From: Desulfosudaceae bacterium
GTDB lineage: Bacteria > Desulfobacterota > Desulfobacteria > Desulfobacterales > Desulfosudaceae
Length of the DNA: 64,000 nt
Assembly: GCA_963674745.2 (NCBI GenBank)
Contig: CAXXDV010000001.1
Coordinates: 1,184,001-1,248,000 of the forward strand
Reading direction: 5' to 3'
The position numbers and the translations under genes are program-made. Numbering within the stretch: the first letter of the stretch is position 1; each line of letters opens with the position of its first letter. The notes under the pieces are model-generated. The model saw nothing but the letters and a program-made list of their open reading frames with translations, made no database searches and had not been told where the DNA came from. Below are positions 48,007-57,909 of the stretch, in pieces.

Positions 48007-50022
48007 ATGGTTAAAAACAGTAACGATAATTCTTTGAAATGTGATGAATATTTAAGGTTAAGTTTAAATTTGCAAAAAGGCAGGAATGAATGTGTTAAAA
48101 TTTTAAATAAAAGCCTAAACACCGAAGAATCAGACACTAAAAAGCTAACAAGTGAAGAATTTTCACATGTTCTTTCTAAAATAATAAAGACAGCGGGTTT
48201 ATATTTAAACAGTTTTTTAAATGACTTATGGCGTGACTCGATTTCAGTAGAGAAACGAATAATGTTTGTATGGCCAGGATACTATACTTATTCTCCATAT
48301 GGAGGTGAACGGGCGGATACAGTAGGCCATGAAAACATAATAGAAATTATTGATAATGAAGAACCGTTAACACCAAGCAAAATTGCTAAACTGAAAGCAA
48401 TAATCAGTAATGCAGTAACGCATCACGGGTACGGAACATATGGGGAAAAAGATGAAAAGTTAACCTTGTTCCCACTAGTTATTTGGTTCTACTTATTTTA
48501 CGCTAAGGAGATAAATAACAATGAAATATACGGTTTTACAAAATGGTTTGAAAAAATTGGGACGTTATATGTTGGAAACGGAAAGGATATAGTTCCACTA
48601 ATCGCAATTGAAGCAACAACGGCTAAAAAAAACGGTTTAGATAAACCACAAATACATAACGGTGTACTGACAATTTATGTGCCTGAACAAAAAAAGAATA
48701 ACCCAGAAAATCTCCTAAAATGTTTTTCCGATTCGCTTAAGGAAGTCGAGTTTTATGACTATTCTAATAATGAACCCCTTAAAATTCCTGTTGAGCAAAT
48801 ACCCGAATACCCGCCAGTTGCTATTACTCAGAAAGAAAATGAGGAGGATATCAGACAAGCATTAAGGATATCATTCTCTTTGCTTTTTCATTCAATTTTC
48901 TTTGGATACAACAATGATGAAGAGTTCCCTCTAAATATGTCGAATTTAGCTAATGATGACACTATAGATGTAATTATTAATCGAATCAATAAAGCTTTAT
49001 ATATATTAAAAAGCTTTAAGCAAGATAACGATTTTAAAAATGCTTCCTTTTCACATTACTATGTTTTTCAAATTAATACTGGTTTTAAAATTAAAAGGAG
49101 TTCTATTGAAATAAATGATTTTCTTGGAACCATGAATTTATACTCTTCTCATGAAATAGAACCAGTTTATCTAAATATGATAAAAAAATTTTTAGATTCG
49201 ATATATGATCAGGTTCGTTTGATTGATGTAACACGGGAAATTGAGGAAGAGTCTTATAATGAAGCAATGGTTGCTGATTATAGAATGAGAGCTCATGAGC
49301 CGATGAAATTCTGTAATTTAATTGATAAGGAAACTCCCTATCAAATTTTAAATAGAATTAGACTTTATTTCCAAACATTTTTCTCAATAGGTCCAAACGA
49401 AATTGAAAATCTTGAAGAAATTCAAAGTATGCTGCCAGATAATTATGCTTCTGGTAACAATTTTCGAGAATATGTTAGGAATGCTATAAAAATATCCTTC
49501 TATTTATTTAGATCAAAAAGTTACATAGAAGATGGGAAAATGGATAAAACGTATGATGATCAATGTGATATTATTCAACACTCTGACAATATCATTGATC
49601 GAATTTATAATGATAGTAAATTACCTAAAACATCATTTAATAAACAAATGAAAAACGAAAATTACTATTTTTTCTCTGCATTAATTGTAATTTTTAACAA
49701 TATATATAAGCACACTACAATGATTTGGGATTTAAATGATATTATAATACCGAAATTAGAGGAAAAAGATGGTAGGAAATATATTGTAATTACAAATTAT
49801 TCATTGCCAGCCGACCCTAACGAAGAAAAAATACAGAGAAAACTTGATAAGAATAAACATAAAGGGACATCCCTATCTGTTCTGACCAATATTCGGAAAT
49901 ATACTTCTAACATTCCAAATAATTTTCGTGTTATCAAACTAAAAAGCCGTGTGGACGGGACAAAGATATGGTTATTTGAGACTAGAGCTCTTTTGCCCGA
50001 TAATTTTTTGGAGATAAAATGA
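48007..50022 (+). CDS. Hypothetical protein, possibly a degenerate histidine kinase
   Basis: RAHE (H-box-like), IFNNIYKH (N-box-like), KGTSL; weak match. Confidence 0.4.
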   Translation: MVKNSNDNSLKCDEYLRLSLNLQKGRNECVKILNKSLNTEESDTKKLTSEEFSHVLSKIIKTAGLYLNSFLNDLWRDSISVEKRIMFVWPGYYTYSPYGGERADTVGHENIIEIIDNEEPLTPSKIAKLKAIISNAVTHHGYGTYGEKDEKLTLFPLVIWFYLFYAKEINNNEIYGFTKWFEKIGTLYVGNGKDIVPLIAIEATTAKKNGLDKPQIHNGVLTIYVPEQKKNNPENLLKCFSDSLKEVEFYDYSNNEPLKIPVEQIPEYPPVAITQKENEEDIRQALRISFSLLFHSIFFGYNNDEEFPLNMSNLANDDTIDVIINRINKALYILKSFKQDNDFKNASFSHYYVFQINTGFKIKRSSIEINDFLGTMNLYSSHEIEPVYLNMIKKFLDSIYDQVRLIDVTREIEEESYNEAMVADYRMRAHEPMKFCNLIDKETPYQILNRIRLYFQTFFSIGPNEIENLEEIQSMLPDNYASGNNFREYVRNAIKISFYLFRSKSYIEDGKMDKTYDDQCDIIQHSDNIIDRIYNDSKLPKTSFNKQMKNENYYFFSALIVIFNNIYKHTTMIWDLNDIIIPKLEEKDGRKYIVITNYSLPADPNEEKIQRKLDKNKHKGTSLSVLTNIRKYTSNIPNNFRVIKLKSRVDGTKIWLFETRALLPDNFLEIK

Positions 50023-51500
50023 ACATTAAAATCTACTATATTGAAGATGATGAAAATAAATATAACTGTCTTGACCTTCTTTTACAAAAATTGAACTCGG
50101 ATGATGAACTTAAAGCGGCGCATATTGAAGTTGAAGATGGCTTTAAAAAAAATCAAAAGGCCTATAGGGATGTTTCTGCGCTTTGTGATGCTTTGTTGTC
50201 CGATCCAAATGGTCTAGTTCTCCTAGATTTAATGCTTTTAGATGATAAAGTTCAGCCTCCTTTATTACAAAGAGAAATACCGATAAACTTGCGAAAAAAG
50301 TTTTATGAAATGTTTGATTTGGAAATAGATCGTACAAATAGCCCAATTTCTAGCCAAGAGCTGTTACAAAAGATAAACAAATTATACAATGATGTTGATG
50401 GATTACGCGGGTTCGTTGATGTTGATTTCCTTGAGGATTTAAGATCTCAACTGTCAGATAATAATTTTGATGAGGAAAGCAGGAAAGTAGAGGATATATT
50501 ACAAATAGAAAAATATTCTAATATGATCAAAGAGAAGTATAGCATTAATGATAACTTATCCCCACTTATTTTATCTATGAGTAACTATTGTAAAAAAGAT
50601 GTATTTCTCTGTTCCACAGCATTGCAGCAAATATCATTAGTTATGGGTGAGGATGAACAGTTTTTTGCTAAGGCGGCTTTATTGTGGCCCAAAAAATGTA
50701 ATGGACATTTAAATGGTACAGATTCAAGTTTGATGGATTTATCCTTTAAGCAAATTAAAAGCTACATAATTAATAAATTTGATGATCTACACTGGTTCTT
50801 AAATCCCCCTCAGAAAAAAAATGAGTCAACTTTTGTAACCTGGTTTCAAAACAAAATTGCTCATACCAAAGGTCATATCCTTTTTGAGAAGCACTTAGCA
50901 ACAGTTAAGGATAAATTACCTTCTTGCAATGTTAATGATGCAAAAGCAATTTTACTAGGCACAAAGATAATTTCCGATACGACTAAGAGAATCACTGCAA
51001 AGTGTTTTACTGATTTCTTCCCGGGTTTGGAATTTAAGGGAATAAAGGAAATTGATGAATTCAACTTGCCAATTAGGCCCGCCTATGGATTTCTTGTTTC
51101 AATAAAACTATTTTTGTTTGCTTTGGACAATAACATTAACAATAAATATCAGTTAAGACATGTCTTAATTAGTAAAAACGAATCTTCGAATGGCAAAGAG
51201 ACAGAATTGATTGTCATTGGTGTGGAATCAAAATACTCTAAATATAATCTGCTAAGAAAGTTTTGCATTGACCTACATTCAAATTCTAATTTAGAAGAAT
51301 CTGACGGAGAAGCTGCAATTCTATTAAAGAATGCCTTATTTGCAGAGATATATCCAAAAACAAATAATCAACCAATTAGTCCGCAGGAGCATCTGTCTAA
51401 AATATTAGAGGGATGCGACGAAATGATTGCTTACCCATATTTAACTGATAATTTTATTGGGATTGCCTGGGCACCAGATAATATTTGGAAAAATACATGA
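50019..51500 (+). CDS. Protein with N-terminal receiver-like domain
   Basis: IYYIEDD..VLLDLML; ATGA-coupled. Confidence 0.55.
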   Translation: MNIKIYYIEDDENKYNCLDLLLQKLNSDDELKAAHIEVEDGFKKNQKAYRDVSALCDALLSDPNGLVLLDLMLLDDKVQPPLLQREIPINLRKKFYEMFDLEIDRTNSPISSQELLQKINKLYNDVDGLRGFVDVDFLEDLRSQLSDNNFDEESRKVEDILQIEKYSNMIKEKYSINDNLSPLILSMSNYCKKDVFLCSTALQQISLVMGEDEQFFAKAALLWPKKCNGHLNGTDSSLMDLSFKQIKSYIINKFDDLHWFLNPPQKKNESTFVTWFQNKIAHTKGHILFEKHLATVKDKLPSCNVNDAKAILLGTKIISDTTKRITAKCFTDFFPGLEFKGIKEIDEFNLPIRPAYGFLVSIKLFLFALDNNINNKYQLRHVLISKNESSNGKETELIVIGVESKYSKYNLLRKFCIDLHSNSNLEESDGEAAILLKNALFAEIYPKTNNQPISPQEHLSKILEGCDEMIAYPYLTDNFIGIAWAPDNIWKNT

Positions 51501-52450
51501 TACCGATACTATTTTATAATCACGACCCTGAAGTTCTACCCATTGAGAGTATTTTGAGTGAACTTGAAAGCCAGAAGAAAATTAAAGTAATTAGTTTTAG
51601 GGATCAAACTCAAAAGCAATATCAAAAGGCCATGGAATGCTTTAAAGTATACCAATACGCAATTTTTCATGGCCCAACCGAATTGTGGGTTGGTGACAAA
51701 CCATTGGATGAAGACATTTGGTGGTATTATAAATTACAAGACTCGACCTTTGAGACATCTAATAATTTAATTGTATTTTTTATCAGCTCTGATTTTTTGA
51801 ACTGGGAGAAGAAAAGAATAAATTTTGGTGAGAATTCCTCTCGATATCTGATCCCGGTACCTCGAACAAAAGAGAGTGGGTTAGTTGGGCCAGGATCAGA
51901 TGCTAATTGGGCCTTAATCTTTAGTGCTATTAGTGACATCAATATTGTTGAAGCATATTTTAACAATGACTCTTCCCATAAGGGTGTCAATGTTTTAAAA
52001 CGATTCTTTGATGCACCTAAACCGAATGTTATTATTGCAGCAATAACTATTATTTGCCAAATATATCTATCTACTCATTCACCGGACAGAAAAGGCAACT
52101 CCAGAATATCAGATATTCTATTTGAGATAGGTTGGTGGAACTTTTGCGAACAACAAAGTTCTTCCAGGTTAGTTGATTTGTTTAAAAGCCATAGAGCAAT
52201 ACTCGAATCATCAGGTTGGTATACCCCTTTAAAAGACAATCTTTCAAAAGAAGAATTACTTAATGAACTTTATACTGAAATAGATAATATGCAATGTAAC
52301 GTAAACGAAAAACTCGATATTGAAAACGTTAAAGATAATTTAGACACTTTTTTGACGGATATTTACAACGAGAAGCCACTTAATCAACCTAGCCATCTCG
52401 AACTTGTAGCAGATATATATATTGATTTGAAACAGTTAATGCAACAATGA
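51497..52450 (+). CDS. Hypothetical protein
   Basis: ATGA overlap with the upstream stop supports start MIPILF. Confidence 0.65.
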   Translation: MIPILFYNHDPEVLPIESILSELESQKKIKVISFRDQTQKQYQKAMECFKVYQYAIFHGPTELWVGDKPLDEDIWWYYKLQDSTFETSNNLIVFFISSDFLNWEKKRINFGENSSRYLIPVPRTKESGLVGPGSDANWALIFSAISDINIVEAYFNNDSSHKGVNVLKRFFDAPKPNVIIAAITIICQIYLSTHSPDRKGNSRISDILFEIGWWNFCEQQSSSRLVDLFKSHRAILESSGWYTPLKDNLSKEELLNELYTEIDNMQCNVNEKLDIENVKDNLDTFLTDIYNEKPLNQPSHLELVADIYIDLKQLMQQ

Positions 52451-52494
52451 TCTGTTTTAGAAGTTGGAAATAATTTGAAGAAAAAGGTATTGTA

Positions 52495-53025
52495 ATGAGG
52501 AATTGGCAAAACCAAAGAGTAAATTTTAATCATGACTGGTTTGTAAATAAATATTTGAATGGCTTAGATGGTTTTCTTACACGACTTAACCAGATTAGTA
52601 CAGATTCAAAAATAAATGGCCGTTTGATAGGATTTCTTGACGAGCAGTTTCATGAATGGGAAGGCAATAGGAGTAAGGCAAAATGGATTATTGATAATTT
52701 TGAAACTGAAATGTCTCCAAAAGTACTTATGGAATCATACCCTTTAATCCATTGGGATAAACAAAATCGAGAATTGATGGGAGACCTAGTTCACGTGTTA
52801 TGGAAAGGCAGAAACCCGATCACTAAATGGATTAAAGATTGCGAAGAAAGTTATGATAAAGTCGAACATATTTATAATAAAATTAACAATCAACTAACAA
52901 TGACAACACCTATAAAAACGACTGAGTTGATTTCTATGAAACAATTATTTAGAGAATATAGAGATACATGTGAATTGTTTTCGTGTAAGTTAAGTCAACT
53001 TCCAGGTGAAATATTATTTGTATGA
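52495..53025 (+). CDS. Hypothetical alpha-helical protein
   Basis: 176 aa with N-terminal FNHDW; ATGA-coupled to the next gene. Confidence 0.65.
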   Translation: MRNWQNQRVNFNHDWFVNKYLNGLDGFLTRLNQISTDSKINGRLIGFLDEQFHEWEGNRSKAKWIIDNFETEMSPKVLMESYPLIHWDKQNRELMGDLVHVLWKGRNPITKWIKDCEESYDKVEHIYNKINNQLTMTTPIKTTELISMKQLFREYRDTCELFSCKLSQLPGEILFV

Positions 53026-54794
53026 ACAAACTTCCCAAAATTTTAATCATAGATGACGACTATGGGCATAATAGAGGTGGCCGTAATGTCGACCGCGATG
53101 ATTTCTGTGTTTCCAGAGCGATAAAAGATGTTACAGGAGACATAACCCCCGAAGACATACAAAATCCCATTGTGGAGGCCGTTTTTTACAGCGGTCAGAT
53201 TAATGATGCTGGTTTTATTAAAAATGATATCAGTGGCACTCTCGATGCGATTAAAATGGGATGGAGACAATGGCCTCGTTGGGCTCTAATTCTTTTGGAT
53301 CTCCGATTTGTAACCGGAAAATTAAATGGTAAAGGAATACCTGTCGGCAATCAAAATGATGATGATCCCAAATATTATTTTGGGCTAGAGATTCTATCAA
53401 TGATCGCAAACGACCCGCTGTTGCATGATATCCCCATTATTATTCTATCTTCAATGGCAAGACAAACCGTTGAAAAACAATTTTCAGAATTAGGTGTAAG
53501 AGATTTTATTGATAAAAAAGATCTTACTTCTAAAAAGTTGAAACTTTTTTTAGCTACTTATGGTCTGCTAGAAGATGATGACATCATTGGATGTTCAGTC
53601 CCTTTATTAAAATGCCTTAGAACAGCAAGACGACGAGCTCAATATGGGAATGATAATATACTTATTCTCGGTGAGACAGGTACAGGAAAAGAGTTGTTGG
53701 CAAAGTACATTCACAAACAATCCCCGTATTGCCAAAATCGTTTTGTAAAGCTTAATACTCAAGGTGTGCCGGATACATTGATTGAAGATAAGCTTTTTGG
53801 GCATAAAAAGGGCGCTTATAATGGAGCAAATTCAGAACAGCCTGGCGCTGCTGAACTTGCAAATAATAGTACTCTCTTTATTGATGAATTTGGGGATATC
53901 CCTGCAAATATTCAGTCCAAACTTTTAGATTTGATTGATAAAAATATCAGAACCGTCCAGCGCCTTGGAAGTAATGACAGCAAAAAACTTGAGCTACAGA
54001 TTGTTATGGCCACTAATCGGATGGACATAATGACATCGGATAATTTCCGAAAAGACATACTTTACCGAGCTAAGATTACCGATCCCATAATTCTTCCTCC
54101 GTTACGTGAGAGGAGGGAAGACATTCCGCTTTTAGCAGAATTTTTTTTAAGAAAATACGAAAATGAAACCCATGAAGCGGAACACAGGGACATAGATAAA
54201 GAAGCTTTACATCTCCTGATGGACCATGATTGGCCTGATAATATTCGTGGTCTTGAACAGGTTATTGAGCTGGCAGTCAGCAAATATAAAGGGCTAAAGA
54301 TTTTATCAAAAAATCATATCAGCCTGGCAGCTGATTCAAAAGCTGAAACCACTTCCAAACCCGTGATATCACAAAAACTGAAGAGAGATATCAGATCAGA
54401 AGATATAACTCTTTCGATAAATGAACTTATTGCATGTATAAACAATTTCGAGTTTGACGACGATAATTCAATACAATGGCAATGGAAAGGCAATGATTTG
54501 AGGGAGGCTTTTTTTCATTTAATGGAGCGTTATCTTCGCGCGGGCCTTGAGGCTACTCGAAAAATCAATTTTGAAGACCCAAAGGGAAAAATCCAGCATA
54601 CACCGGCAATAAACTTAATTTTAGGGCCCAAAAAAGGAAAGACCGGAAAAAAAGCGGAATATAATCCGACCGAAGCATATGCTGAGATAAAAAGGCTGCT
54701 GATGTTAAAATCCAAAGAAGTTGAAAATCTGATATCGGATCCGGTTGTCAAAGAGATTTTTGAAAAAGCAAAAAAGAATCGATCTGCGAAATGA
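53022..54794 (+). CDS. Receiver + sigma54-activator-like AAA+ protein
   Basis: IIDDD, LLDL; GETGTGKE, LFGHKKGAYNGA, FIDE, LPPLRERREDIP, WPDNIRGL. Confidence 0.85.
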   Translation: MNKLPKILIIDDDYGHNRGGRNVDRDDFCVSRAIKDVTGDITPEDIQNPIVEAVFYSGQINDAGFIKNDISGTLDAIKMGWRQWPRWALILLDLRFVTGKLNGKGIPVGNQNDDDPKYYFGLEILSMIANDPLLHDIPIIILSSMARQTVEKQFSELGVRDFIDKKDLTSKKLKLFLATYGLLEDDDIIGCSVPLLKCLRTARRRAQYGNDNILILGETGTGKELLAKYIHKQSPYCQNRFVKLNTQGVPDTLIEDKLFGHKKGAYNGANSEQPGAAELANNSTLFIDEFGDIPANIQSKLLDLIDKNIRTVQRLGSNDSKKLELQIVMATNRMDIMTSDNFRKDILYRAKITDPIILPPLRERREDIPLLAEFFLRKYENETHEAEHRDIDKEALHLLMDHDWPDNIRGLEQVIELAVSKYKGLKILSKNHISLAADSKAETTSKPVISQKLKRDIRSEDITLSINELIACINNFEFDDDNSIQWQWKGNDLREAFFHLMERYLRAGLEATRKINFEDPKGKIQHTPAINLILGPKKGKTGKKAEYNPTEAYAEIKRLLMLKSKEVENLISDPVVKEIFEKAKKNRSAK

Positions 54795-57370
54795 AAACCC
54801 TTTGGTTTCCTCAAATTGAGTCAGAGAGTGCCTATGGCTCATCACAAGCCCTTACACTAGTTCAAGTCATACAAAAATTTTTTAATTGTTTGGGCTTTGA
54901 CTCTATAAAACTGTCAAAAAATCCGCTTATAATATCCGATCAAACGCAAGTTGAGTTAAAGCAAATAGACGAAATAATCGCTTACCTTAATATGAATGAT
55001 GACAATATTCCTACCCTAGTGTTTGGCATGTTTTCAGAGGATGAGGCGATCGAGCTATCATGGGAAGAGTTCGGACTTAATATATTTGATTTGCCATGGT
55101 TCGAAACAAAGAAAGCCTTTTTATATATACCTGTTACTCATATTTTCATTAAATTAAATAGATTGATTGAAACAGCATATCAACCCATAAATAAATCTCA
55201 ATCTGCCCAACAATTGGAGTACGCTAAATGCCACACAATTGCCTTGAATATTCAAGACGCCTTTGGTCATGGAAATCGTGATGAACTACAGGTGATGTCC
55301 TGCAGAAAAATAGGGAGCACAATCCAAAGGATATATATAGATTATAAAGATAAAAATCTACCTTGTAAAAATGGATGTTCAATAATAAATCAGTTAGACA
55401 ACATAAAATCATCGATTCCAAAGTTAAAGGAAGAAGCTTGTCCTGAAATTGCGCAACGCATTGCTAACCTGGATTGTTCAAGACATAAATATGCTCCGCT
55501 TGGTTATTACCAAGAAGAGCACGATGAAAAACCTTTAGCGTTCAAAAAAATAGTCATCTTGGAAGATAATGTTGTATTTAGAAATCAGTTACGAAAAGAT
55601 ATGCTGGATTTTATCAAATCCGATAATATCAAAATTGATTCAGAGTCGCTTACAGAACACCTGTTTCAGATAGAGAAAGCGGCTGACAAAAATGCGGCTG
55701 ACAAAAATATTGATGAAGACAAAAAAAGAAAAAGAGAAGTAGCAAAATTAGTCGATGAAGAGCTTAAGAATATTCAAATTGCAGACGGTTCAACAATCAA
55801 TAAAATAGAACTATTAGAAATTTGTACCTGGACGATAAATGAGAGCTTCCTTTCCTGGTTTTTTGAAGAGTTTGGAATTATCATCGCATCACCTGAATTC
55901 TCCATGAATAATTGCCGGTTGTATAATTATTGCGGCAAAAATATTCTTGACGAATTGGGAAAAGAAAGCATTCACCCAACCGATATATTAACCTGTTTTG
56001 ATTTGGACCTGAAGTTAAAAGAAAAGCCCAATATTGGAATGGCGGAATTTATGTCTAAAATATACGCCGGATACTGGGTTTTATATGGAACTGCAAACGA
56101 ATATCCGTTAGTTCCCAGGATGGTGATAACCGGTTATCGGCTGCAGGATTTCAATAGCTTTATTGTGGGTGCGGATGCTTATATGATGAAACCCTATACC
56201 AAAGAGGTTTTGAATAAAAGCATTGAGCGTACGCTTTTTGCCAAAAGGTTTATTGTTAAATGGTATTGCCCCAAGCATGTCCAACCCTCTTACAAAGACA
56301 AAGCGTCTTTCGAGAAAGCAAGCCAGTGGTTAGTAAATTGGCTTGAAAATAAAAGAATACATTTGGATGTGGTCGAAAAGTTACATAACAATGACATTTT
56401 GCAAGCCGATTTAATTATTGTGGATGAATGTGTTGAATCGGATTATAGTCAGAGTGGAGTCAGGTCCGTTATTCAGGAAAAGCTTTTTACCTCTATTGAA
56501 AAGATCAAAGATATTAATCCGAACGTCTCTATATTAACCATACTATCCGATGATATTGCACCAGCAGATACTGTTCGCGATTTCTATCAAAAGTTACCAT
56601 TATCATTAAAATCAGGCAAAGACGCTATCATTAGAAAACCCATGTGGTTTATCGCAGAGAAACATCCGGAACCCAAAACCAGTCTTGGTGGAATGATTGA
56701 AAATTTAATCGCTCATCAAGATGCTCATGATATTAAATACCAAATACTGGTTGCCGTATCCGCAGTCCTTGGACGTTTTCCGGCTCAAATCGCCCGAATG
56801 AAGAGAACGGATCCTGCCGATGTCCGTTTTTCTCCATTGCTGCCGTTTTTGATAAATAGTTTTGGGCTTTACTGTAGTCTTAAGGATCTTGAAGAGTATG
56901 GTGACGCAATTAAAGACCGATTGAATGATGAAATAAAGAAAGACAAAAAAAAAGAAAAAGACAGATGGAAAAATGTAAAAGACGAAGATATTGAAGAAAT
57001 ATTAAATGGGTTTTTAAATGCTATAACCGATAATTCAATAAGAAGACACTTGAATATTGAAAAATGGCTACGGGCTATTGTTGATGATTCGCCTAACAAG
57101 ATATTGAATCAAGAGAACATCCATTCCTTAACAGAGCCTCTGGCCCGTGTGTTCGGCGGTTCCACCCGATATGAATTCAGCGTTCGCGGGAGTTGGTATA
57201 AAGATCAGAACCGTATTGATGATATACTAATCGTCGTGGAATTTTGTGCCAAATCCTCCATCTTGGCGAAAAGGTTCATAAGAGAAACCGCCGTAGATTA
57301 TTTAAAACACATCGCCGGTGAAGACCTTGTTCTTGTCCAGGAAATACCGATTCATGGGTATTTCTGGTAA
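54791..57370 (+). CDS. Large protein with two receiver-like domains and a C-terminal PII-like domain
   Basis: VILEDN..FDLDL..ITG..GADAYMMKP; LIIVDE..IRKP; FGGST..GSW C-terminal domain (weak). Confidence 0.55.
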   Translation: MKTLWFPQIESESAYGSSQALTLVQVIQKFFNCLGFDSIKLSKNPLIISDQTQVELKQIDEIIAYLNMNDDNIPTLVFGMFSEDEAIELSWEEFGLNIFDLPWFETKKAFLYIPVTHIFIKLNRLIETAYQPINKSQSAQQLEYAKCHTIALNIQDAFGHGNRDELQVMSCRKIGSTIQRIYIDYKDKNLPCKNGCSIINQLDNIKSSIPKLKEEACPEIAQRIANLDCSRHKYAPLGYYQEEHDEKPLAFKKIVILEDNVVFRNQLRKDMLDFIKSDNIKIDSESLTEHLFQIEKAADKNAADKNIDEDKKRKREVAKLVDEELKNIQIADGSTINKIELLEICTWTINESFLSWFFEEFGIIIASPEFSMNNCRLYNYCGKNILDELGKESIHPTDILTCFDLDLKLKEKPNIGMAEFMSKIYAGYWVLYGTANEYPLVPRMVITGYRLQDFNSFIVGADAYMMKPYTKEVLNKSIERTLFAKRFIVKWYCPKHVQPSYKDKASFEKASQWLVNWLENKRIHLDVVEKLHNNDILQADLIIVDECVESDYSQSGVRSVIQEKLFTSIEKIKDINPNVSILTILSDDIAPADTVRDFYQKLPLSLKSGKDAIIRKPMWFIAEKHPEPKTSLGGMIENLIAHQDAHDIKYQILVAVSAVLGRFPAQIARMKRTDPADVRFSPLLPFLINSFGLYCSLKDLEEYGDAIKDRLNDEIKKDKKKEKDRWKNVKDEDIEEILNGFLNAITDNSIRRHLNIEKWLRAIVDDSPNKILNQENIHSLTEPLARVFGGSTRYEFSVRGSWYKDQNRIDDILIVVEFCAKSSILAKRFIRETAVDYLKHIAGEDLVLVQEIPIHGYFW

Positions 57371-57909
57371 CAAATTTGATACTTAATGTAGTGAGCTTAA
57401 CATATCCTTATGCTGCCCTCTATTCTCATCTGATACTTCCTTTATTCCAGTTTTTTTTCCTTATCAATTTTGTCCCCAAAAAAAATCATTTACCTGTTTT
57501 ATTTAAGACAGTTAACTCTCTTTTAGTCTAGCGCAATAGCCCCCTCCTGTCGTCTGTAGGCGGTCTGAATGGTCGTCGGTAGATACCATCCGATTTAAAA
57601 AATTTTTTATCGCCCTCTTTATCTCCGGTTTATTTTTTAAAATAGCAAAATAGATTCTTATTTCCCACAAAACACCAGAGGACCAATCCTTCCGCTAAAC
57701 AAACCTATTGGCCATACAGGTTAATTGAATTCAAAACAGCTCTCGTAGTTCAAAACGAATCAGGGTGGCATGATTGATGAATATACACAAAGACAAAGGG
57801 CAGGAACAATTTTGCGAAGGACATATCTGGAGAAGACTTGCCGGGTCGTTTGAAGAATGTTGATGACAGCGCATAGATAATCAAGGGCGGAAATATTTAA
57901 CCGTTCAAC

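Noticed and set aside
55678..55708. Short duplication GCGGCTGACAAAAAT (AADKN twice)
   Set aside because: Simple in-frame slippage duplication in a linker
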